Origin: an uncultured bacterium
GTDB taxonomy: Bacteria; Patescibacteriota; Minisyncoccia; Phycocordibacterales; CAIRYW01
Assembly (NCBI GenBank): GCA_903882905.1
Contig: CAIRYW010000027.1
Location: 1,031-65,030, forward strand
Direction: 5' to 3'
DNA length: 64,000 nucleotides
The translations under genes were made by a program, and so were the position numbers. This document shows, one piece after another, positions 48,942 to 58,568 of the stretch. The notes under the pieces were generated by a model. The model made no database searches. It saw only the letters and a program-made list of their open reading frames with translations, and was not told the origin of the DNA. Positions within the stretch are counted from its first letter, which is position 1. Each line of letters begins with the position of its first letter.

Positions 48942-49331
48942 TTATTTGTTCTCCAATATGCTTTCAATTTTTTTTACGATGTCATATAGCTTCCAATCTG
49001 ATTTAATTAAGTAATATGTAGGTCTGCTAGGTATTTTGTAATCTATTAGTTGTTCTTTACTTGCACTCAAGTTGGTAAGAATGATGACTGGGACTTTTTC
49101 ACCCCAAGAATCCTCTCGGATTTTTTTTAGTGATGCCATTCCGTCCATTTCTGGCATGATAATATCAAGAAGTATAAGGTCTGGATGTTTTGATAATGCA
49201 ATTTGTACACCTTCTCTACCATTTTTTGCTTCGATAGGTATAAAGTTTTTAGCTAGGAGAAAATCAACGAGAGCTCCCCGTAAGCTTTTCTCATCTTCAA
49301 CGATAAGTATGGTTTTTTTTGTATTGTCCAA
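48942..49331 (-). CDS. single-domain response regulator
   Basis: ILIVEDE, PDLILLDIIMPEMDG. Confidence 0.92.
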   Translation of the reverse strand: MDNTKKTILIVEDEKSLRGALVDFLLAKNFIPIEAKNGREGVQIALSKHPDLILLDIIMPEMDGMASLKKIREDSWGEKVPVIILTNLSASKEQLIDYKIPSRPTYYLIKSDWKLYDIVKKIESILENK

Positions 49332-49465
49332 TGTTTTGGATTAATCATGAATTAATAAAATATTATCTGTTACAACCGAGCCGTTGGAGCTTCTAAACCA
49401 TTACAACAAAGAAAAACCTATAAAATAGGGAGTAGGTAGACTTTTAGAATTTTCTCGTGTTTTGG

Positions 49466-49942
49466 CTATATACGGTTGTAAAGAATTTTGAGCTTTTCAA
49501 GTCCTCTGCAGGTTTGTACTGCGATTGTATTCTTTGACTTACCTGTGATGTTTGAAATTTCTTCAAGTGTGAAATCCTTCATGTAGCGCATAGTCATAAC
49601 CTCCTGATACATTTTTGGAAGTTGCAGGATCAATAGAGAAGCACCTTTTCCATCGAATATATTGGCAATACGTTCTGTATCGTCGTTACTGGGTTCATAC
49701 CCGGCCTCAAGCAGAACATCGAGAGAAGTAGATTTATGTTTTCTATATTCATCGATAATTAGGTTATTTAAAATGTGGTAAAGAAAGGCCTTCATTGTAT
49801 CTATTTTGCCTCCTTTGATGAGATAGCTCCATGTTTTTATGAAAGTACTTTGTACCAAATCTTCGCCAAGTGAATGGTCGTTTATCTTAAAAAAAGCATG
49901 AGAATTAAGAGATTTACTAAAATCTTCATAAGCAGCACTCAA
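49466..49942 (-). CDS. ECF-type RNA polymerase sigma factor (start uncertain)
   Basis: EDLVQSTFIKTW, NNLIIDEYRK, region-4 HTH. Confidence 0.85.
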   Translation of the reverse strand: MSAAYEDFSKSLNSHAFFKINDHSLGEDLVQSTFIKTWSYLIKGGKIDTMKAFLYHILNNLIIDEYRKHKSTSLDVLLEAGYEPSNDDTERIANIFDGKGASLLILQLPKMYQEVMTMRYMKDFTLEEISNITGKSKNTIAVQTCRGLEKLKILYNRI

Positions 49943-50315
49943 TATTTTTTTTGCTTGTTTCTCTCTTTTGAGTTGAGTGCCATATTGTTTAAGCCGGATG
50001 GACCGGTATTTGATTACGAAGTATTAAATAGGTATTTATTACTAGGAGTAAAGTCTCAGATATTTTTCTGCTGAAAAATTCTGCGACCCCGACTCGGCAC
50101 GTCTGCCTCCGTCTTTGAATTGCTCCAAGCATTCGCAATTCAACTTACACTTAGCATAGCACGTTACGTTATTAATGCTAATTTTTTTAATTGATAATAA
50201 AGCCTTTTCTAAAGTTTCGGTAATCAAACATCAGTTCTTGCGACACAGTTATGTAAGTAGGGTCGAAATAAAAAAAATATTCATCGAATTATAAAAACTT
50301 AATTTAAACAAATAT

Positions 50316-50675
50316 ATGAAATCAATAATCACAAGTATCTTAGGAATGGCAGTTTTAGCAGTATTACCAATCACGACTTTTGCTTCAACTTACCAATACG
50401 TAAACACAGATGGAAATGTTCAATCAACAGTTGCTAATAGTGCATCAGATGCATTACTTGTAAGTAATCTCGGGGCAAATAGTGGAGTAATGTTAGTTTC
50501 TTCTAGTAATGTTGTCTTCCAAACTAATGTACCAGTAAACACAATTGGAGTTGGATCAAACACATACGCTTACGTTAACACTAATGGAAATATTCAATAT
50601 GTAAACGCTAACAGTCCTGCGCAAGCATTGACAGTTTCTAACCTTGGAGCAAATAGTGGAGTAATGGCAATCTAA
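50316..50675 (+). CDS. small secreted protein with two internal repeats
   Basis: Signal peptide; YxYVNTxGNxQ...SNLGANSGVM occurs twice. Confidence 0.75.
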   Translation: MKSIITSILGMAVLAVLPITTFASTYQYVNTDGNVQSTVANSASDALLVSNLGANSGVMLVSSSNVVFQTNVPVNTIGVGSNTYAYVNTNGNIQYVNANSPAQALTVSNLGANSGVMAI

Positions 50676-50720
50676 TTCGTTACGTATAATTTTTCTTTCT
50701 TTTATGTGTAAAAGACAATA

Positions 50721-50743
50721 AGCCGCCCCGAAGGGGCGGCTTT
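50721..50743 (+). terminator. rho-independent terminator
   Basis: agccgcccc-gaa-ggggcggct-tt. Confidence 0.7.
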
Positions 50744-50776
50744 GAAATTTACTAATTTTCCTATAATATAGTCTTT

Positions 50777-51385
50777 ATGAAACCGCAATTATTTGTATTT
50801 TTCGGAAGAAGTGGCTGTGGCAAGGGTACTCAGACAACTCTTTTAACAAAATATTTAAACGAGACAGATCCAAACGCTGGAGTTTTTTATGTTTCAACAG
50901 GAGATGAATTTAGAAAACTGATTAGTGGCGATACTTACACAGGTAAAAAATTAAAAGATATTGTGGATGGTGGCCAGTTTGCGCCAGAATTTTTGGCGTC
51001 AATGTTATGGGCAAATGTTATGACTAGGGAATATAAAGAGAGAATGCATATGATCATTGACGGTTCTCCACGTAAGATCCCGGAAGCTCTTGTTTTTGAC
51101 TCAGTTGCCCCATTTTACGGCTTTGACAAGGTCAAAATGATCTACATGAATGTGTCCTCGGAGTGGGCAACAGACAAGCTTTTGAAGCGCGCAGAGGCAC
51201 AGGGAAGAAAGGATGATACTGCAGAAGCTATCGCAAAAAGGATGAAAGCTTTTGACGATTTTCTTTATCCCGTAATTCTTTCATATAAGAATAGAGATGA
51301 TGTAGATTTTAGAGAAATTAATGGAGAGCAGTCAATCGAAAAAGTCCACGCGGATATAATGTCTGTATTAGAACTTTCAAAATGA
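50777..51385 (+). CDS. adk: adenylate kinase (short LID)
   Basis: GRSGCGKGTQ, STGD, DGSPR, GRKDD; next to map. Confidence 0.9.
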   Translation: MKPQLFVFFGRSGCGKGTQTTLLTKYLNETDPNAGVFYVSTGDEFRKLISGDTYTGKKLKDIVDGGQFAPEFLASMLWANVMTREYKERMHMIIDGSPRKIPEALVFDSVAPFYGFDKVKMIYMNVSSEWATDKLLKRAEAQGRKDDTAEAIAKRMKAFDDFLYPVILSYKNRDDVDFREINGEQSIEKVHADIMSVLELSK

Positions 51386-52149
51386 GTAAAATAAAAACAG
51401 AAGCAGAAATAAAAATTTTAAAAGAAGGTGGGAAAAAATTAGCAAACATCTTAAGGACTCTTGCAAAAGAAGTTAAACCAGGTGTTTCCACTTGGTTTTT
51501 GAATGAGAAAACAAAAAGCTTGATTGATAAAGCTGGAGCAAAAGCCGCTTTTTTAAATTATGTTCCTGAGGGAGCTTCAAGACCTTATCCTGCTGTAATT
51601 TGTATATCGATAAATGATGAAATTGTTCATGGAATTCCAAATGAAAATCCAAAAACTTTAAAAGATGGAGATATTGTAAAACTTGATTGCGGAATTTCTT
51701 ATAAAGGACTTTTTACAGATTCTGCGGTCACGGTTATTGCGGGTCTTGGGGACAAAAATGCTCTTAAATTAATTCGTGCCACGGAAGAAGCTTTGATTGC
51801 CGCAATAAAAATTGCTGTCCCAGGAAGAAAAATAAATGATATTGGTGCTGTTATAGAAAAAATTGCAAGAAAGAGAGGCTTTGCACCCGCAAGAGATTTA
51901 GGAGGGCATTCAGTAGGGCACGCAATTCATGAAGAACCATATATCCCAAATTATAAAATGTCAGGTAAAAGCGCTGTCATCGAAGAAGGAATGGTTTTGG
52001 CGATTGAACCAATGCTTGTTGAAAAAAAAGGAGATATAAAATTAAATGCTGATGGTTGGACATATTCCACCAAAGACGGCGGGCGCGCAGCACACGCTGA
52101 GCACACAATAGTTGTTCGCAAATCCCGCCCTGAAATTTTGACTCTGTAA
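51382..52149 (+). CDS. map: methionine aminopeptidase type I
   Basis: HGIP, DSAVT, GHSVGHAIHEEP, IEPM, AEHT. Confidence 0.95.
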   Translation: MSKIKTEAEIKILKEGGKKLANILRTLAKEVKPGVSTWFLNEKTKSLIDKAGAKAAFLNYVPEGASRPYPAVICISINDEIVHGIPNENPKTLKDGDIVKLDCGISYKGLFTDSAVTVIAGLGDKNALKLIRATEEALIAAIKIAVPGRKINDIGAVIEKIARKRGFAPARDLGGHSVGHAIHEEPYIPNYKMSGKSAVIEEGMVLAIEPMLVEKKGDIKLNADGWTYSTKDGGRAAHAEHTIVVRKSRPEILTL

Positions 52150-52179
52150 TCTTTAGGTAATTAGTTATACAATTATTAA

Positions 52180-52896
52180 ATGAAAAACATGAATAAAGTT
52201 TTTTTTGCCTTACTTTTATTAGTCGTTATTGTTGGCATAACCATATTTACATATAATCCATTCAAAAAAAATGGTGAGACGAAGATTGAAAATATTGATG
52301 GGCAGTTATATCAGGTTCAAGATTATGCTCCTAATTGGGGACAAAAAGGTTTTAGGGCAACATCCACTAGTACTTCTACAGATCAGTACTCCGAATGGAA
52401 AACATATTCAGATGAAAAATATGGAATTAATTTTAAATACCCTAAAGAATGGGGAGACGTTTTGCCACACGATGAAGGCGATGGTATGTATGTATTTCGC
52501 ATAGCTACTGACAATAATAAGACAAGCAATTGTGTTCCTGTTCTTGGCCCGGATTGTAAGACTAGTCCAGATGTCTTAATTGCAATTCGAAAAGGAGAGG
52601 GTTTTAATCAATTTGTATCGGAGACAGAGTCACGCAAGCAAACCGATTCAGTTAAGAAAATTGTAGGGGGTATCACAGCTGTCTCTTATACATTTGTTCT
52701 ACCAATAGATACTCCTAGTATAGGTCCGCGTCTTGGTTATAATAAAGTTGTATTAGTTGGTTTGCAAAAATCAGACAAGACATTTATTGAGGTGGCTTTT
52801 ACGAGTCCAACGAAATATAAACAAGGCGACGCTCAGGCGTACAATACGTCTGATTTTGAAAATTTCCTTTCGACTGTTGTATTCACAAGCATCTGA
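52180..52896 (+). CDS. membrane-anchored PsbP-like hypothetical protein
   Basis: N-terminal TM segment; WKTYSDEKYGINFKYPKEW. Confidence 0.65.
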   Translation: MKNMNKVFFALLLLVVIVGITIFTYNPFKKNGETKIENIDGQLYQVQDYAPNWGQKGFRATSTSTSTDQYSEWKTYSDEKYGINFKYPKEWGDVLPHDEGDGMYVFRIATDNNKTSNCVPVLGPDCKTSPDVLIAIRKGEGFNQFVSETESRKQTDSVKKIVGGITAVSYTFVLPIDTPSIGPRLGYNKVVLVGLQKSDKTFIEVAFTSPTKYKQGDAQAYNTSDFENFLSTVVFTSI

Positions 52897-52958
52897 GATT
52901 TAAAGAATAAATAGATTGCATAAAGAATTCAAATAATTTTGATGATATAATTTGAAGC

Positions 52959-55736
52959 ATGGAGAAGTCCTCAAACATAGAAATTACAGAAAAATTTTCT
53001 TCACCTGAAGCGGAAATTAAATTTCTCAAAGAGAGAATTGCTATTCGAGAGAAAGAACTTTCAAAAGATTTTGAAAATGTTGATAAAGACAATGTTATTC
53101 GTGAAGAAATACGACGATATGCTGCAGCGCATCCAGATGATTTACTTGCAAAAGGGCACAAGATAATTGCTTCAGAAGCCAAAGAAATTGCACTTGAATT
53201 AACACCAGAGACCCACGATAAAAAGATGGAAGAACTTTTGACATTGCTTTCCGAAAAGGGATTAAAAAACACTCTCTCTGTTGTTCAAATGATGGGTAAT
53301 CCACACATTCAAGACGATTTCCATAGGTTTTTAGTTCAGTTTTTTAAAGCTGGATTTTTGAATGAAAAAGATAAAAAAGAACAAGTTGTAAAATCACTTG
53401 GCTATACTTTGTTTGAAGTGGCATTTCCTGAAGATAAAAAAAGTAATGAAGAAAGCAAAAAACCACTTGAAGAAATTATTTCTTCAATGGAGCAGTGGTA
53501 CGAAGGTGTGCTTTCTTCAGGACAGAATGATCCAATAACTTTAGAGCTCGCAAATGCAGAAGGTTCAGCGGAAACTGTTTTTTATATTTCAGTACCAGAT
53601 AGTCTTAAAAATATTTTCGAAAAACAACTTCTTTCAGTTTTTCCAAAAGCAAAAATTTATGAGAAAAAAGATGACTATAATGTTTTCAATTATTCCGGAG
53701 TTTCTATTGCTGCCGAGGCACATTTGATGGGTAATCCAATTTTTCCATTAAAAATTTATGATCAATTTGATTATGATCCTTTAAATGTTGTTTTAAATGC
53801 TTTCTCAAAAATCGAAAGAGATGGTGAGGGTGCTTCAATACAGTTTGTTATAACTCGAGATAACGATGGTTATCTTGGTAGATACAAACAAGCTCTACAG
53901 GCAATCCAAAATGGAATGCCACTCAAAAAAGCAATAGATGTCCGCCATAGTTTGATAGGAGAATTTTCTAAGACTGTAAAAGATATTGCAAAGGGAGAAA
54001 TAAAGGCATTATTTACCGAGGAAACAGAGAAAAAAGATGAGAACAACGAGGTCTCTGTCGAGGAGATAAAAAGAAAAGTTGCAACACCAATTGTTCATAC
54101 AAACATACGTGTTCTTGCATCTGCTCCTACGAGAGAAAAAGCTGAAGATATATTGCACTCAATTGTGGCTTCGTTTGGTCAATTTGAAAATACTTTAGGT
54201 ACAACACTTATTTGGAAAGAATTTTCAAATAAAAATTTTGAGGAATTATTTAAAGAATTTTCTTTTAGATCATTTAATAAATCAAAAAGTATTCCGCTTT
54301 CTATAGGAGAAGTTACTTCTTTAATTCATTTCCCACAAGAAAATATCACTTCACCACATCTAAAGACTGCAGTTTCCAGAAGTGCACCAGCACCAGTCGG
54401 CTTACAGCAAGATGGAGTTTTGCTTGGAGTAAACAAAGATAGAAATATTCAAACACATATTTATATGTCAGATGAAGATCGTCTAAGACATTTGTATGTT
54501 ATTGGACAAACTGGAACAGGAAAAACTACTTTCCTCAAAGATATGATCGCCCAAGATATTCAAAGAGGTGCAGGTGTTTGTATGATTGATCCGCACGGAA
54601 ATGATATTCAAGATATTCTCTCAATTATTCCGCCAGAGCGAGTGAATGATGTCATTTATTTTGACCCTGGATATGCAGCACGTCCTATGGCTTTAAATAT
54701 GCTTGAGTATGATGTAAATTTTCCTGAGCAAAAAACTTTTGTCGTAAACGAAATGCTTTCGATTTTCAATAAACTTTTTGATATGAAAGTTGCTGGAGGT
54801 CCAATGTTTGAACAATACTTTAGAAATGCAGTACTTCTTGTGATGGAAGATCCAGAAACAGGGAATACTCTTTTTGATGTTTCTCGTGTACTTTCTGATA
54901 AAAATTTCCGTGAATTAAAACTCACAAAGTGTAATAATCCAATTGTTGTTCAATTTTGGCGTGAGATTGCTGCGAAAGCAGGTGGTGAGGCCTCACTTCA
55001 AAACATTGTGCCTTATATCACAAGTAAGTTTGACGTTTTTCTCGCAAACGACATAATGCGACCGATTATTTCTCAAGAAAAATCTGTTTTCAATTTCCGC
55101 GATATTATGGATAACAAAAAAATTCTTTTAGTGAATCTTTCAAAAGGGCGCTTAGGAGATATAAATGCAAATCTTATCGGCCTTATCATCGTCGGAAAAA
55201 TTTTGATGGCAGCTCTTTCTCGAGCAGACTCTTTTGGAAAAGATTTTCCTCCGTTTTATCTTTATATTGATGAATTCCAAAATATTACAACTGATTCTAT
55301 TTCCCAAATTCTTTCTGAAGCGAGAAAGTATCAACTATCACTTACAATTGCCAATCAATTTATTGCTCAGCTTGAAGATGATATAAAAGATTCTGTCTTT
55401 GGAAACGTTGGCTCGATTGCAGCTTTTAGAGTTGGAGCAGAAGATGCAGAATATTTAGAAAAACAATTTGAACCAGTATTTACTCAATCTGATTTAATGA
55501 ATATTGATAACAGAAATGCATACATAAAATTACTTTCAAAAGGCAGACCAGTTAGACCGTTTAGTTTGGAAACTTTACCTTTCCCAAGAGGGGACTTAAG
55601 CCGAGCAGACAAAATGAAAGAGCTTTCATATTTAACATATGGAAAAGATCGCAAGGAAGTTGAATCAGAAATTCGCCGCAAATATGAAATGGGAAGAACT
55701 CCACCTGTACCTCAACCTAATCCTTTTGCTTCTTAA
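52959..55736 (+). CDS. VirB4/VirD4(TraG)-HerA-like P-loop ATPase
   Basis: RHLYVIGQTGTGKT, IDPHG, LYIDEFQN, SEARKY. Confidence 0.88.
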   Translation: MEKSSNIEITEKFSSPEAEIKFLKERIAIREKELSKDFENVDKDNVIREEIRRYAAAHPDDLLAKGHKIIASEAKEIALELTPETHDKKMEELLTLLSEKGLKNTLSVVQMMGNPHIQDDFHRFLVQFFKAGFLNEKDKKEQVVKSLGYTLFEVAFPEDKKSNEESKKPLEEIISSMEQWYEGVLSSGQNDPITLELANAEGSAETVFYISVPDSLKNIFEKQLLSVFPKAKIYEKKDDYNVFNYSGVSIAAEAHLMGNPIFPLKIYDQFDYDPLNVVLNAFSKIERDGEGASIQFVITRDNDGYLGRYKQALQAIQNGMPLKKAIDVRHSLIGEFSKTVKDIAKGEIKALFTEETEKKDENNEVSVEEIKRKVATPIVHTNIRVLASAPTREKAEDILHSIVASFGQFENTLGTTLIWKEFSNKNFEELFKEFSFRSFNKSKSIPLSIGEVTSLIHFPQENITSPHLKTAVSRSAPAPVGLQQDGVLLGVNKDRNIQTHIYMSDEDRLRHLYVIGQTGTGKTTFLKDMIAQDIQRGAGVCMIDPHGNDIQDILSIIPPERVNDVIYFDPGYAARPMALNMLEYDVNFPEQKTFVVNEMLSIFNKLFDMKVAGGPMFEQYFRNAVLLVMEDPETGNTLFDVSRVLSDKNFRELKLTKCNNPIVVQFWREIAAKAGGEASLQNIVPYITSKFDVFLANDIMRPIISQEKSVFNFRDIMDNKKILLVNLSKGRLGDINANLIGLIIVGKILMAALSRADSFGKDFPPFYLYIDEFQNITTDSISQILSEARKYQLSLTIANQFIAQLEDDIKDSVFGNVGSIAAFRVGAEDAEYLEKQFEPVFTQSDLMNIDNRNAYIKLLSKGRPVRPFSLETLPFPRGDLSRADKMKELSYLTYGKDRKEVESEIRRKYEMGRTPPVPQPNPFAS

Positions 55737-55749
55737 AATTTTTTAAAAT

Positions 55750-55785
55750 AAAAAAACCAGTGAGATTTATCTCACTGGTTTTTTT
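55750..55785. terminator. bidirectional terminator
   Basis: aaaaaaccagtgagat-tt-atctcactggtttttt between convergent genes. Confidence 0.85.
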
Positions 55786-55793
55786 CTATAAAA

Positions 55794-56297
55794 TTATTTT
55801 CTTGGTTGAGTGTATTTTTGATGAACTGTTTCGTAATCGAAAAGTTCTGAGTCACTAAACCAGTGTGCGATTTCAAGTTTTGCTTCTTCAGCGTCTCCAG
55901 AAGCGTGAATAAGATTTGGAATTCCAATTTCATTTTTGTCAGCATGTCCAAAACTCATATGAGAATAATCTCCGCGGATTGTTCCAGGAAGTGCACTTTT
56001 TGGTTCTGTTGCTCCAACCATTTTTCTAACGAGTGACGCTGCTTCAATACCTTCAAGAACCATTGCAATTACAGGGCCTGTATTCATCATTGCAAGTGTT
56101 ACATCAAAAGCCTTTTGGCCACGTCGAGAAATCATCTTTCCAATATTTTCATAGTGGTGATAATAATGATCATATGATGGATGAATCATTTTTGCTCCAA
56201 CAATTTTTAGGCCAACTTTCTCAAAACGATTAAGAATTTCTCCTACGATGCCTCTTTGAACGCAATCTGGCTTAAATATGACTAGTGTTTTTTCCAT
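55794..56297 (-). CDS. ndk: nucleoside diphosphate kinase
   Basis: KPD, PGTIRGD, NLIHAS. Confidence 0.95.
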   Translation of the reverse strand: MEKTLVIFKPDCVQRGIVGEILNRFEKVGLKIVGAKMIHPSYDHYYHHYENIGKMISRRGQKAFDVTLAMMNTGPVIAMVLEGIEAASLVRKMVGATEPKSALPGTIRGDYSHMSFGHADKNEIGIPNLIHASGDAEEAKLEIAHWFSDSELFDYETVHQKYTQPRK

Positions 56298-56566
56298 ATA
56301 GTTTTTTATGTCTTGTAATTAATTATGTACGAGCACTATACCAAATTTTTTTTCTTTCAGCCACAGGAGTTTTTTCTTTTTACAAAAGGGAACCCTTTAT
56401 AAAATTTGTGAAGGGGTTGACTGTTGATAAAATATTTTTTCTTTTACTCTATAAAACCCTTATGAAAAAAGACTTTCTTGATTTTATGTTTATTTATCCA
56501 CAACATACGCACCTTTTATCCACTTTTTTTATTGCGGAGCTTTAAAAAGAGTCCATACTGAATACA

Positions 56567-56690
56567 GGTTACGAAGCGGTATTGCCTTAACTTATGATCA
56601 AATTAGGGAGCACTACTTTCGGAAAGCTTTGGCTCTCCGTCGAATGCACCCACCTAACTTACGTTAGGCGCAATACCGCTAATCGTATCC
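56567..56690 (+). ncRNA. candidate 6S-like RNA
   Basis: Closing stem tacga-agcggtattgc/gcaataccgct-aa-tcgta; GGGAGC and ATGCACCCACCT motifs as I recall them from Firmicute 6S RNAs; own promoter and terminator. Confidence 0.55.
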
Positions 56691-56769
56691 GAAGAAAGAA
56701 TCTCTACTTGTTAGGGATTTTTTCTTTGCTTACTTTTTACTTAAAGTAAAAGTATAATATCCATACTTC

Positions 56770-57150
56770 ATGCCAAACAGAAATACATATCTTTTCTTGA
56801 GTCTCGGAATATTTTTATTACTCTTTATTGTTCATCTATTTGCAACGATGACGGGCTTGTATTGGATTTCTGGTTGGTTTGATAGTATTTCTCACTTAAT
56901 AGGCGGTTTTGGAATCTTTTTTGTTCTTGCTTACGTATTCTCTTTTAAAGGAAGATTTCCATCTTTCAGATCGGTGGTTGCGGTTTCTCTTTTGATAGGT
57001 GTCATATGGGAATTATTTGAGTTAAGATACGGTATAACTTCTATTTCAAGTCACAGGTATTCTTTTGATACATCAAGTGACTTATTTTTTGATATTGTTG
57101 GAGGATTTTTAGCTTTTTTAATTACAAAAAAATATGGACGATCAAAATAA
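56770..57150 (+). CDS. small 4-TM membrane protein (VanZ/DUF2238-like)
   Basis: WFDSISHLIGG, WELFE, DTSSDLFFDIVG. Confidence 0.7.
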   Translation: MPNRNTYLFLSLGIFLLLFIVHLFATMTGLYWISGWFDSISHLIGGFGIFFVLAYVFSFKGRFPSFRSVVAVSLLIGVIWELFELRYGITSISSHRYSFDTSSDLFFDIVGGFLAFLITKKYGRSK

Positions 57151-58540
57151 AAAGAAAAGAAAATTAAAACTTACTTTTGCATCTGGTGCTACAACTGTTA
57201 CAGGAGCAAATTTTGTCTTAGAGACGATGCCAGAAGAGGGAAGTTCCGAGGAAAAAGTTTTTGTCATGGTTGATTGTGGACTTGTTCAAGGAGATGCAGA
57301 TCCAAGAGAAAATACAAAACCTTTTACATATGATCCTTCAAAAATAAATTATCTTTTAATTACTCACGCTCATATTGATCACATTGGGAGAATACCAAAA
57401 TTTGTTAAAGATGGTTTTAAAGGAAAAATTTTTTCTACAATTGAAACAAAAGAAATTGCACCGATTATGTTTAGGGATGCAGCAAACTTAATGCTTCATG
57501 AGGCAGAAAAAACAGGCAACCCTCCGCTTTATCTCGAAAGTGATATTAATGACGCAATGAATCTTTGGAAGGAAATTTCCTATCACGAATCCTTTAAACT
57601 ATCAGGGGGTTTTGAAGTTGAAGCAAAGGATGCTGGGCATATTCTCGGCTCGGCAATGTATGAATTTACTTACAACGGTACAAAAATAGTTTTCACGGGT
57701 GATTTGGGTAATTCTCCGTCACCTCTTCTTCGAGATACAGAAAAAATTATTGATGCAAATTATTTAATTATGGAAAGCGTTTATGGGGACAGAAATCATG
57801 AGACAACTAATGAAAGAAAGGATAAATTGGAAAATATTATTGAGGATAGTGTAAAAAGAGGAGGGACTTTAATTATTCCTTCTTTTTCATTAGAAAAGAC
57901 TCAAAACCTTTTGTTTGAAATGAATTCTCTGGTGGAAGAGAAAAGAGTGCCTGAAGTTCCAGTATTTCTTGATTCTCCTTTAGCTATGAAAGTGACAGAT
58001 ATTTACATGAAAGAAAGAAAAAACTTTAATGAAACTGCATTAGAGAAAATCAAAAATGGTGATGATTTATTCTTTTTTCCAAAATTAAAAATCATAAGGA
58101 GTGCTGAAGAAAGTAAGGAATTGATTAAAGAACCAAATCCAAAAATTATTATTGCCGGTAGTGGTATGTCTACAGGAGGAAGGATTTTACATCATGAGGT
58201 TAATTATTTACCAGATCCAAAAAGCACAATTCTTCTTACTGGGTATCAATCTTTTGGAACATTAGGTAGGCAAATTGCTAATCATCAAAAATCCGTAAAT
58301 ATTTTTGGAAATCGAGTTGCTGTAAATGCAGTTGTTGAAAGCATCGATGGGTATTCGTCCCATAAGGATTCGGATCATCTTTTAGAATTTGTAAGTTTCA
58401 CTAGAGACACTTTAAAAAAAGTTTTTCCAGTTATGGGAGAGCCAAAATCTTCTATGTTCCTTGCACAAAAAATTGAAGATTATTTAGGTGTTGAAACATA
58501 CCACCCAGAGGATGGGGAGTCTGTGATATTATCTTGTTAA
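57134..58540 (+). CDS. MBL-fold beta-CASP ribonuclease
   Basis: THAHIDHIG, AGHILGS, TGDLG, ESVYG, GSGM, SSHKD. Confidence 0.92.
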   Translation: MDDQNKKKRKLKLTFASGATTVTGANFVLETMPEEGSSEEKVFVMVDCGLVQGDADPRENTKPFTYDPSKINYLLITHAHIDHIGRIPKFVKDGFKGKIFSTIETKEIAPIMFRDAANLMLHEAEKTGNPPLYLESDINDAMNLWKEISYHESFKLSGGFEVEAKDAGHILGSAMYEFTYNGTKIVFTGDLGNSPSPLLRDTEKIIDANYLIMESVYGDRNHETTNERKDKLENIIEDSVKRGGTLIIPSFSLEKTQNLLFEMNSLVEEKRVPEVPVFLDSPLAMKVTDIYMKERKNFNETALEKIKNGDDLFFFPKLKIIRSAEESKELIKEPNPKIIIAGSGMSTGGRILHHEVNYLPDPKSTILLTGYQSFGTLGRQIANHQKSVNIFGNRVAVNAVVESIDGYSSHKDSDHLLEFVSFTRDTLKKVFPVMGEPKSSMFLAQKIEDYLGVETYHPEDGESVILSC

Positions 58541-58568
58541 CTTTTTTAAAATTAATTAATTAAAACAA

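Noticed and set aside
52959-55736. Conjugative element around the VirB4/VirD4-like ATPase
   Set aside because: No relaxase, integrase or other T4SS genes are nearby; solitary ATPases of this type are common in CPR chromosomes.
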